In this document: positions 10,383 through 18,620 of the stretch, piece after piece
Numbering within the stretch: the stretch's first letter is position 1
How the letters are laid out: each line of letters starts with the position of its first letter
Source: an uncultured Gammaproteobacteria bacterium
Lineage (GTDB): Bacteria; Patescibacteriota; Microgenomatia; Levybacterales; UBA12049
Direction: 5' to 3'
Length of the DNA: 64,000 nt
Assembly (NCBI GenBank): GCA_964635045.1
Contig: CAZWMJ010000003.1
Coordinates: 12,011 to 76,010 of the forward strand
Program-made: the position numbers and the translations under genes
Notes under the pieces: generated by a model
Told to the model about the DNA's origin: nothing
Seen by the model: only the letters and a program-made list of their open reading frames with translations
Database searches by the model: none

Positions 10383-10431
10383 AAATATCTAAAATTATTA
10401 TGGCACAAAAATCGCCATTGTCAAAGGGTAT

Positions 10432-11022
10432 TTATTGGGCGGAGGGCGAAGCCGCGTTTGACGCGGGCGGGGCGGTAGCCGCGTTTGACGCTGCGGGTAA
10501 TATTAATATCACCCGTTCTACGTCGGTTTTGGCCCCGCCTGACGCTGAAAAAGAAACTACCACCAGCACATTATTTCCTATTTTAATATTATCGACGGTG
10601 GTGGGATTAAGTTTGGCGTTTGGCTCATCCAGTCTTATAAAATAATAGACTTTTTTCCCTCCGTCATTTCTTAGCGTTACGGTCTTGCCGTTTTTCTCCA
10701 GAGTCCAGCTTTGATTCTCCACCATGCTTTTAAGCGCGCCGCTGTAGGTCTGGGTGATTTTGGTTTGGGTAATAAGGCCTTTGGAGTTTTGGATGGCGTT
10801 TTGGGCTTTTTGAAAGCCGTTGGCCGGTTGTTTCAATTGAGTAAGAGAAGCTTTTGTTGTTTCCGCCCCCTTTTTACCAACCGATTGCTGAAGACCTAAA
10901 AAATATCCTCCAATAGCGATAATGAAAGCCATCACCCCCAGCGATAAATAGACCATAAAAACGTGTTTGGCGGAATTTTCAGAATTTGCCCCGCTCAGCG
11001 GGGTTGAGACTGGTTGATCCAT
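10432..11022 (-). CDS. hypothetical single-TM protein
   Basis: Likely start is MDQPV at 11022. The longer ORF start runs through palindromic repeats. Confidence 0.6.
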   Translation of the reverse strand: MDQPVSTPLSGANSENSAKHVFMVYLSLGVMAFIIAIGGYFLGLQQSVGKKGAETTKASLTQLKQPANGFQKAQNAIQNSKGLITQTKITQTYSGALKSMVENQSWTLEKNGKTVTLRNDGGKKVYYFIRLDEPNAKLNPTTVDNIKIGNNVLVVVSFSASGGAKTDVERVILILPAASNAATAPPASNAASPSAQ

Positions 11023-11062
11023 GCTGTATTTTATAGTGTCACAGTCATTTTCAAATGTCAAG

Positions 11063-11116
11063 CCCCCGCCAAAGGCGGGGGCGCAGACCCTGAGCGAACG
11101 AAGTGAGTCGAAGGGG
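11063..11116. repeat. two adjacent short palindromic elements
   Basis: CCCCCGCC-AAA-GGCGGGGG and CCCTGAGCGAACG-AAG-TGAGTCGAAGGGG, directly after the ACT gene stop. Confidence 0.65.
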
Positions 11117-11767
11117 TCAAGTATAAGATTTGAGAAGAGCGAAGGCTTTATTAACATATTCTTCTTTGACTACCAGCGTCAGTTCATTGTGAGTGGAGAT
11201 GATTTCAATAACATTGATGCCCTCCCAGGCCAGCAGTTTTAAGATGGCGTAGTAAACTCCCGGCCTTTCCACAGTGTTTCTTGGCAGAAGAAGGGTGATG
11301 GAGGATAAACCCTCTATCTTTGCCACCAGTTTTTCGTCCGCAAAAATGCCCTCCAATTTTTTGACAATGCCGCGGCTTATAATAAAGGTGGTTTCTCTTA
11401 CTCCCTGAGCCAAATTGCAAAGTATGTCGCGGTCTGTTTTTATAGCGGAAAATAATTCATGTTGTTTTTCGGTCATGGTTGCGGAGTTTATGAAGGTAAA
11501 TCCCACTAGATTGAGGCGAACAGTCAGATCTCCCAGATTTATTTTTTGATTCATCTTTGGGTTTGGATCGTTTTTGAGTTTATCGCTGACTCTTTTTAAG
11601 GCCATCACGATCGCCCCTCTTTTGACATCTTTGAGCAGTTTTTTTTGAATCTGTTCTCTCAGGTCTCTGGCCAGAGCGGAGAAGCTTATGATATCGCGAG
11701 TTAAAGCATACTCCAAAAAGGGAGTAGTTTTGACTATTTCTTCCACAACCTGTGCTGTGCTAATCAT
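11117..11767 (-). CDS. ACT-domain protein, putative amino-acid-sensing regulator
   Basis: Helical N-terminus (ISFSALAR...GAIVMAL) and C-terminal ACT (PGVYYAILKLLAWEGINVIEIIST). Paralog at 22043. Divergent from lysW. Confidence 0.75.
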   Translation of the reverse strand: MISTAQVVEEIVKTTPFLEYALTRDIISFSALARDLREQIQKKLLKDVKRGAIVMALKRVSDKLKNDPNPKMNQKINLGDLTVRLNLVGFTFINSATMTEKQHELFSAIKTDRDILCNLAQGVRETTFIISRGIVKKLEGIFADEKLVAKIEGLSSITLLLPRNTVERPGVYYAILKLLAWEGINVIEIISTHNELTLVVKEEYVNKAFALLKSYT

Positions 11768-11808
11768 ATTTTATTTTTACTCGCGGGTCCTGCCAATAAT
11801 ATCGCTCA

Positions 11809-11907
11809 GGGTCCTGTCGCGGGTTCCTTTCCCGCCAGTGCTCGTTCTAGTGAAGCAAGCTTCAACGAACTGCGCGCTGTCGGGAGCCCTTCCACCCGCG
11901 CCACCCC
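11809..11907. repeat. ~97-bp hairpin repeat, copy A
   Basis: Core CAGTGCTCGTTCTAGTGAAGCAAGCTTCAACGAACTGCGCGCTGTCGGGAGCCCT is shared with copies at 26342, 28307 and 63661. Confidence 0.9.
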
Positions 11908-11999
11908 TCGCTTTTTTACTCGCGTCACCCGCCCTGCTTACCTAACTTCTGTGACAAGTGTAACACTTATTGTCAATTTTGTCAAAATTAGGCAAAAAG

Positions 12000-12028
12000 T
12001 TGACAAATTGTATGATTAGATATATAGT
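12000..12028 (+). promoter_or_regulatory. sigma70-like promoter of the lysW operon
   Basis: TTGACA (12000-12005), 17-bp spacer, TATAGT (12023-12028), with ATG at 12039. Confidence 0.6.
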
Positions 12029-12038
12029 AACCTGCATT

Positions 12039-12239
12039 ATGATAAATGGCAATGGTAATAAATCTTTAACTGGCGCCTGCGCTGTTTGCGACGCGCAGAT
12101 TTCCCACGCCGATTCGCTGGAACAATCGGAAATTATTCTTTGTCCCGAGTGCAAAAGCAGATTAGTGGTGGAAAGCATTAAAGGAAGTCAGTTTGTCTTA
12201 TCACAGGCTCCAGAGGTTGAGGAAGATTGGGGAGAATAG
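12039..12239 (+). CDS. lysW: amino-group carrier protein LysW
   Basis: CAVC...CPEC zinc ribbon and diagnostic C-terminal EEDWGE. Confidence 0.95.
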   Translation: MINGNGNKSLTGACAVCDAQISHADSLEQSEIILCPECKSRLVVESIKGSQFVLSQAPEVEEDWGE

Positions 12240-12246
12240 GATTTTC

Positions 12247-13089
12247 ATGAAACTTGCTATTCTTCACTCAACAATCAGGGCTGAGGAAAAACTCCTCATG
12301 GAAGCCTCCAAAGAACGCAAAATTGACATTGTTCTCATCGATATTCGAGATCAGATATTTAATCCTGCGACCTACAAAGTTGATTTTGACATCGCTTTGG
12401 AACGCAGTGTTTCCTCGGTTAAGGGCATGTACGCCACCCAATTTTTGGAGTCTTTGGGAGTGCCGGTGGTTAATACTTCCCGCATTGCCGCTATCTGCCA
12501 GGACAAATTTCTGACTTCTCTCTCTCTGAAAAGAGCCGGCGTTCCCACCCCCAAGTTTGCTCTGGTTTTTTCCGAACGGCAGGCGATTGAGGCGGTGGAA
12601 GAGCTGGGAGGATATCCGGTGGTAGTCAAGCCCAATTTAGGTTCGTGGGGCAGGCTGGTGGCCAAAGTGAACGATCAAGACGCGCTGGAGGCGATTATCG
12701 AACAAAAAACCACTCTGGGCGGCCCCCATCATCAGGCCATTTATGTGCAGGAGTATATTGAAAAACCGGGCCGCGATATCCGTATTCATGTGATTGGAGG
12801 GAAAGTAATAGCCGCCATTTATCGGCAAAGCGAGCATTGGATTACCAATACGGCCCGGGGAGCAGAAGCCATTGCCTGTAAAATAGACAATGAGCTCTCC
12901 GTTATTGCCGAAAAAGCGGCCGGCTCGATTGGAGTGGGTGTTTTGGGACTGGATATTCTGGAGACCAAGACCGGATATGTGGCTAATGAAGTTAATCATA
13001 CCATGGAGTTTAAAAACGTTCAGCGCGTGACCAAAATAGACATTGCCGGCACCATTCTTAATTACTGTATGTCTGTTGTCAAAAAATGA
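12247..13089 (+). CDS. lysX: LysW ligase, ATP-grasp RimK/LysX family
   Basis: GSWGRL, QEYIEKPGRDIR, HWITNTARG and EVNHTMEFKN motifs. Immediately follows lysW. Confidence 0.92.
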   Translation: MKLAILHSTIRAEEKLLMEASKERKIDIVLIDIRDQIFNPATYKVDFDIALERSVSSVKGMYATQFLESLGVPVVNTSRIAAICQDKFLTSLSLKRAGVPTPKFALVFSERQAIEAVEELGGYPVVVKPNLGSWGRLVAKVNDQDALEAIIEQKTTLGGPHHQAIYVQEYIEKPGRDIRIHVIGGKVIAAIYRQSEHWITNTARGAEAIACKIDNELSVIAEKAAGSIGVGVLGLDILETKTGYVANEVNHTMEFKNVQRVTKIDIAGTILNYCMSVVKK

Positions 13090-14135
13090 AAAAAATTACC
13101 GTTTCTATTATTGGGGCGTCTGGTTATGCCGGAGGAGAACTGCTTCGGATTTTGCTGTTTCACCCAAGTGTTGTGGTGGCGCAGGCGACGTCGAGAAAGT
13201 TGGCCGGACAGCCGGTCGGAACAGCCCATCCCAATTTAAGAGGAGTTACCGATTTGGTTTTTTGCGATCCCCAAGAGCTAAAAGCTTGCGATGTGCTTTT
13301 TGTGTCATTGCCCAATACCGTTTCCATGGGGCACATGAAAGATTATCAAAAAATTGCCCCCAAAATTATTGATTTGGGAGCGGATTTTCGGCTTAACACC
13401 GAGGAGTCATTTACCAATTTGTACAAAAAAGCGCATCCGCTGCCCGCTCTTTTGCCAAAATTTGTCTATGGACTGAGCGAACTGCATCGAGCGGAAATTA
13501 AAAAAGCCGACTATGTGGCCTGCGGAGGCTGTGAGGCCACCGTTTCCATTTTAACTTTATATCCGCTCATCAAGCATCATTTAATTGAAGAAACATCAAT
13601 TATCATTGACGCCAAAATGAGCAGCTCGCAGGGAGGCAATGAGGTTAATTCTTCTTCGCATCATCCGGAAAGAGCGGGGGTGGTGCGTTCCTACAAGCCG
13701 GTCGATCACAGACACTGGGCGGAAATTGAACAGGAACTTGCGCCTTTTGCCCCCCATATTAAAGTGGCGGTTTCTGCCACCACCATTGAGATGGTGCGAG
13801 GGTTGCTAGTGACTATTCACACTAAGCCGGTGAAAGGAGTTTTGGAAAAAGACATTTGGAGAGCGTACAGAGCAGAGTATGGTCAGGAGCCGTTTATCCG
13901 CATTATCAAAGAGGCCAACGGGAATTATCGCTATCCGGAGCCCAAAATTCTTACAGGAACAAATTATTGCGACATTGGTTTTTCCCTAAGCGAGCGGGAG
14001 GGCAGGCTGGTGGCTATTGGAGCTATTGACAATCTGGGCAAGGGGACGGCCGGGCAGGCGGTGCAGGCGATGAATTTGATGTGTGGCTTCACCGAAACAG
14101 CGGGCCTCACTTTTCCAGGAATTCACCCTATATAA
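13086..14135 (+). CDS. lysY: LysW-aminoacyl-phosphate reductase, ArgC/LysY family
   Basis: GASGYAGGE, DLGADFR, GC active site, HPER and IDNLGKGTAGQA motifs. Confidence 0.9.
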   Translation: MKKITVSIIGASGYAGGELLRILLFHPSVVVAQATSRKLAGQPVGTAHPNLRGVTDLVFCDPQELKACDVLFVSLPNTVSMGHMKDYQKIAPKIIDLGADFRLNTEESFTNLYKKAHPLPALLPKFVYGLSELHRAEIKKADYVACGGCEATVSILTLYPLIKHHLIEETSIIIDAKMSSSQGGNEVNSSSHHPERAGVVRSYKPVDHRHWAEIEQELAPFAPHIKVAVSATTIEMVRGLLVTIHTKPVKGVLEKDIWRAYRAEYGQEPFIRIIKEANGNYRYPEPKILTGTNYCDIGFSLSEREGRLVAIGAIDNLGKGTAGQAVQAMNLMCGFTETAGLTFPGIHPI

Positions 14136-14138
14136 CTT

Positions 14139-14933
14139 ATGATTATCTTAAAAGTTGGCGGGGGTAAAAACATTAACTGGGATTATATTGCTTCGGATAT
14201 CAAAAATCTTGGCGAAAAAGTGGTTATTGTCCACGGCGCCAACGTGTGGATGAGAGAAATTTCGGAAAAATTGGGTCTGCCGGAGAAAATAATCACCTCC
14301 CCTTCCGGTTTTACCAGCCGCTACACAGATAGTAAAGTGATGGAAGGTTTGACGATGATTTACAGCGGACTGATAAATAAAAAAATTGTAGCCACTTTAC
14401 AAAAACACGGTGTTAATGCGGTAGGCCTGACAGGCGCGGACGGGAAATTATGGCTGGGAAAAAGAAAAGAGATTATTTACGAAAAAGCAGGTGACAAAGT
14501 AAAAATAATTCGCGATTCGCTGACCGGCAATGTGGTTTCGGTAAATGTCTCACTTTTAACGTTACTTATTAAAGAAGGTTATACGCCGGTTATAACTATT
14601 CCCGCTATTACCGACAAGGGCGAACTTATCAATGTAGATAACGATCGGGCGGTGGCGGTAATGGTCAAAGCGCTTTCCGTCGCAAAAGTGGTGATGCTGT
14701 TTGAGGCTTCGGGCCTTTTGGCAGATAATGAAGACGAATCTTCCAAAATATCATCAATTGAAAAGCAAAAGCTGGATAGTTTTTTGGAAAAAGCTCATGG
14801 CAGAATACGTAAAAAATTGTTGGGTGCCAAAGAGGCCATACTTCATGGCGCCAAACATGTTTATTTTGGCGATGGCAGAATTGCGCATCCTGTCAAAGAA
14901 GCGCTTTTGGGAAAGGGAACGGTGATTCAATGA
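14139..14933 (+). CDS. lysZ: LysW-aminoacyl kinase, ArgB/LysZ family
   Basis: LKVGGG, VHGA, SPSGFTSRYT and NVDNDRA motifs. Confidence 0.9.
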   Translation: MIILKVGGGKNINWDYIASDIKNLGEKVVIVHGANVWMREISEKLGLPEKIITSPSGFTSRYTDSKVMEGLTMIYSGLINKKIVATLQKHGVNAVGLTGADGKLWLGKRKEIIYEKAGDKVKIIRDSLTGNVVSVNVSLLTLLIKEGYTPVITIPAITDKGELINVDNDRAVAVMVKALSVAKVVMLFEASGLLADNEDESSKISSIEKQKLDSFLEKAHGRIRKKLLGAKEAILHGAKHVYFGDGRIAHPVKEALLGKGTVIQ

Positions 14934-16075
14934 ACGATTATTTGGTGGCTTCTTATCCGAATCGGGGAGTGACATTTGTGTCAGGGGCGGGACCATATTT
15001 TTTGGACCAAAACAAAGTGAAATATCTTGATTTGGGAAGCAATTACGGCGTTAATATTTTCGGTTTCACTCACCCAAGAATAACAAAAGCTTTGGAAATT
15101 CAGCTGGGTAAAATTACCAACATTCACGGTTCGTTTGGCAGTGATGTCAGAAGTCGCGCGGCAGAAGAGCTGGTTAAGCGCTGTGGCGGAGGGCTTGCCC
15201 GGGTTTTTTTCTCCAATTCAGGTTCGGAAGCGATAGAGGCGGCGATTAAATTTGCCCATCTGTTTAGCGGTAAATCTCATTTTGTCGCCATGGAAAATGG
15301 CTATCATGGGAAGACATTGGGAGCGTTATCGGCTACAGGTAGCGGAAAATATCGCGTTCCCTTCCTGCCGCTGTTGTGGAATTTCAGCCATGTTGTTTTT
15401 GGCGATCAAAATTCCTTAAAGAAAAGTATTCGTCCGGACACGGCCGCTATTATTCTGGAACCGATTCAGGGAGAGGGAGGAATTGTTCTTCCTCCAAAAG
15501 GCTATCTTAAATTTGCGCAAAAACTGTGTCAAGAAAAAGGCATACTTTTGATTACCGATGAAATTCAAACAGGGTTGGGCAGGACCGGCACTTTTTTGGC
15601 AGGCGAGCAGGACAATTTAACGCCCGATATTCTGTGTTTGGGAAAAGGACTGGCAGGAGGAATTCCGATTGGAGCAACGCTCACGACAGAAGAAATTGCC
15701 CAAAAAATACCGCTTCATGTTCACACATCGACATTCAGCGGCAATCCACTCTCCTGCGCCGGCGTTTTGGCGGTTTTGAAAGAATTTGAAGACGGAAAAG
15801 TGCTTGCTCATGTCAGAGAAACAGGAGAATATTTTTTATCAGAGCTTAAAAAAATAAAACATCCAAAGATTGTAGCGGTTCGGGGAATTGGTTTGATGTT
15901 GGCAATAGAATTATCGGAGAATGCCACTCCCGTTCTTAAAGCTTTACAGAATGAAAAAATCATCGCCATTCCGGCCGGAGCAAATATCATTCGTTTCCTG
16001 CCCTCATACCTGATTACCAAAAAAGAAATAGACAGGGCAGTTTCAGTTTTACGAACTATTTTTAATAACTTTTGA
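14930..16075 (+). CDS. lysJ: class III aminotransferase, ArgD/LysJ family
   Basis: NSGSEA, HGKT, EPIQGEGG, DEIQTGLGRTG and GKGLAGG motifs. Confidence 0.88.
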   Translation: MNDYLVASYPNRGVTFVSGAGPYFLDQNKVKYLDLGSNYGVNIFGFTHPRITKALEIQLGKITNIHGSFGSDVRSRAAEELVKRCGGGLARVFFSNSGSEAIEAAIKFAHLFSGKSHFVAMENGYHGKTLGALSATGSGKYRVPFLPLLWNFSHVVFGDQNSLKKSIRPDTAAIILEPIQGEGGIVLPPKGYLKFAQKLCQEKGILLITDEIQTGLGRTGTFLAGEQDNLTPDILCLGKGLAGGIPIGATLTTEEIAQKIPLHVHTSTFSGNPLSCAGVLAVLKEFEDGKVLAHVRETGEYFLSELKKIKHPKIVAVRGIGLMLAIELSENATPVLKALQNEKIIAIPAGANIIRFLPSYLITKKEIDRAVSVLRTIFNNF

Positions 16076-16108
16076 GCTTTAAGCTTTGCGCTTTGAGCTT
16101 TATTTACC

Positions 16109-16789
16109 GTGTGCAGATTTTTACTTGTCAGATCAGAAAAAAAGATAAAGCCGCAAAAATTACTTAGCCAGTTTGCCAGCATGTGTCAAAAAAGCCGGGC
16201 GCCGGACGGGGATTGGCAGGGAGACGGATGGGGAATGGCATACAAAACTCAAAACTCAAAACTCAAAACTCAAAACTGGCAAATACATAAATCACTAAAG
16301 CCGATATGGGAGGAACGAGATAAATTTGGGCAGTTTGAAGAAACCAATGTATTTGTAGCTCATGCCAGAAGCGCCGGCTTCCCGCAACACAAAGGAAATA
16401 TTGCGTTTAATCAGCCTTTTATCGATAATGACCTGTGTTTTGTTTTTAACGGTCTGATTCGTGGTGTCACCGTTCAAAGAAAACTCAAAGGAGAAATCGG
16501 GGCGCAGAAGATTTTTAGTCTTATTCTTGAGGAGTTAGGTAGCAGTAAACCCGATGAGGTTCTTAAAACAGTTGACAAGTTGATTGTTGCCAACTCCAAA
16601 AAAATTACGGGGATGAATATCGGCTTGGCCAGAAATAACAAATTTTACCTTTTGTGCGAGTATGACGGTAACGCTTCTTATTTTGCTGTCAGATATTTTC
16701 AAAACAATGATTTAACGATTGTTTGTTCGGAACCAATCGGCAAATACGAGTGGAAAACAATGCAAAAAGGCGAGATTCTGGTATTGTAA
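16109..16789 (+). CDS. class II glutamine-amidotransferase-like Ntn hydrolase (YafJ/EgtC-like)
   Basis: GTG start with Cys2 (MCRF), DGWG, HARSA, NQPF and FNG motifs. Confidence 0.85.
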   Translation: MCRFLLVRSEKKIKPQKLLSQFASMCQKSRAPDGDWQGDGWGMAYKTQNSKLKTQNWQIHKSLKPIWEERDKFGQFEETNVFVAHARSAGFPQHKGNIAFNQPFIDNDLCFVFNGLIRGVTVQRKLKGEIGAQKIFSLILEELGSSKPDEVLKTVDKLIVANSKKITGMNIGLARNNKFYLLCEYDGNASYFAVRYFQNNDLTIVCSEPIGKYEWKTMQKGEILVL

Positions 16790-16797
16790 CTCATCGT

Positions 16798-18597
16798 ATG
16801 AGAATAAAAGAAGAATTACAACGGGTAATTAAGCAGATTGTAAGCGATCTGGGGGTGGAGGGGATAGAGCCGGTGATGGAGACGCCGGCTGTGCCGTCAC
16901 ATGGAGACTATTCGACAAATATTGCTATGGCAATATTCTCTAATTCAAAATTCAAAATTCAAAATTCAAAACTACAAGTCAAAACTCAAAAATATAAAAG
17001 TCCACTAGAGCTTGCCGAAGCCATTGCCGAATTGCTTAATACTAAATACCAAATACCAAATACTGACCTCATTGAGGCGGTCGCGCCCGGTTTTATCAAT
17101 TTCCATCTCTCCAAAGACTATTTGGTCGGTCGATTAAATGATCCGCTGTCTGAAAAAGAAAAGTTTGGGCAAACCGCTAGATTAAAAGATAAAAGTATCA
17201 TTGTAGAATTTACCGATCCAAATCCATTCAAAGAGTTCCATATTGGACATCTTTACAGCAATGTTGTGGGTGAGTCTTTATGCCGGCTTTTGGAAGCAAA
17301 TGGAGCGCGGGTTATGCGGGCAAACTATCAGGGAGATGTGGGGATGCACGTTGCAAAAGCCCTTTATGGGCTTTTGCAAAACTTAGAACTTAGAACTCCC
17401 CACTTCGCTAAAGCTTCGCGGGGCAAGCAGAACTCAGAACTGGATAAGAAACCACTCGATGAACGGGCAAAACTTTTGGGCGAGGCGTATGCGTTGGGAG
17501 CAAAAGCTTACGAGGGAGATGAGACGGCCAAAAAAGAGATAAACGAGCTCAACAAAAAAATTTACCAGAAAGAGCCGGAGATAATGGATCTTTATGAAAA
17601 GGGGAGGCAGTGGAGTTTGGATTATTTTGAAACTATTTACAAGCGTTTGGGAACTAAGTTTGATTTCTATTATTTTGAGAGTAAGGTGGGAGAGATTGGC
17701 TTAAAACTGGTCAAACAGTATGTCAGTGAAGGAATTTTTGAGGAAAGCGAGGGGGCGGTGGTTTTTCCGGGCAAACAATTTGGTCTTCATACCAGAGTTT
17801 TTATTAACTCCCAGGGATTTCCGACCTATGAGGCAAAAGAGCTTGGGCTTGCTCCCACCAAATATGAGGATTTTCCCTACGATCAATCTATTATCGTCAC
17901 CGGTAATGAGATTATTGAATACTTCAAGGTGCTGATGGCGGCTCTTGCCAAGATTCGGCCCGACTTGGCTTTGAAAACCAAACATATTCCTCATGGCATG
18001 GTGCGGCTTAAGCAGGGGAAGATGAGTAGCAGAACCGGCGATGTGGTGACAGGGCAGTGGCTGTTGGATGAGACTAAAGGAAAAATAAAAGAGCGGTTTT
18101 CGGAAATTAAGGATGAGGTGGCAGAGCAGGTGGCGGTGGGAGCGGTTAAGTACGCTCTGTTAAAAAGCGGTTTGGGCAGAGACATCGTTTTTGATTTTGA
18201 AGAATCAATCAATTTAGAAGGCAACAGCGGGCCGTATTTGCAGTATACGTACGCTCGTACACGTAGTGTACTCGCAAAATCTAGAATTCAGAATTCAGAA
18301 TTCAGAATTAGCCTCGCAAGGTCTCACCTTGCGAGGCTAGAAGTTGAGGAATTAGTTCTTCTTCGTCTGCTTCATAGATTTCCGGAAGTAGTGGGGGAGG
18401 CGGCGGAGAAATTTACTCCCAATTTTTTGTGCAATTATCTTTTTAATTTAGCCCAAGCCTTTAATCTCTTTTACCAAAAACACCAAATTATCGGCAGTCA
18501 ACAAGAGGCTTTTCGTTTATCCCTCACTCGTGCTATCGGCCAAACTCTCAAAGAAGGATTAGATCTTTTGGGGATTGTCGCCCCCCAGAGAATGTGA
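16798..18597 (+). CDS. argS: arginyl-tRNA synthetase
   Basis: HGDYSTN, PGFIN, HIGH, KMSSR and GPYLQY motifs, C-terminal RM. Four repeat-derived inserts. Confidence 0.97.
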   Translation: MRIKEELQRVIKQIVSDLGVEGIEPVMETPAVPSHGDYSTNIAMAIFSNSKFKIQNSKLQVKTQKYKSPLELAEAIAELLNTKYQIPNTDLIEAVAPGFINFHLSKDYLVGRLNDPLSEKEKFGQTARLKDKSIIVEFTDPNPFKEFHIGHLYSNVVGESLCRLLEANGARVMRANYQGDVGMHVAKALYGLLQNLELRTPHFAKASRGKQNSELDKKPLDERAKLLGEAYALGAKAYEGDETAKKEINELNKKIYQKEPEIMDLYEKGRQWSLDYFETIYKRLGTKFDFYYFESKVGEIGLKLVKQYVSEGIFEESEGAVVFPGKQFGLHTRVFINSQGFPTYEAKELGLAPTKYEDFPYDQSIIVTGNEIIEYFKVLMAALAKIRPDLALKTKHIPHGMVRLKQGKMSSRTGDVVTGQWLLDETKGKIKERFSEIKDEVAEQVAVGAVKYALLKSGLGRDIVFDFEESINLEGNSGPYLQYTYARTRSVLAKSRIQNSEFRISLARSHLARLEVEELVLLRLLHRFPEVVGEAAEKFTPNFLCNYLFNLAQAFNLFYQKHQIIGSQQEAFRLSLTRAIGQTLKEGLDLLGIVAPQRM

Positions 18598-18620
18598 TAT
18601 GATACGATACCTTTTGATAT

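Noticed and set aside
11023-11157. N-terminal extension of the 241-aa ORF
   Set aside because: It runs through two palindromic elements and overlaps the ACT gene end. ATG 11022 has a -10-like TAAAAT just upstream on the minus strand.
11688-11945. Short ORFs crossing the ~97-bp repeat (also 26264..26452 and 28276..28497)
   Set aside because: They are open only because the repeat is stop-poor, and they overlap real genes
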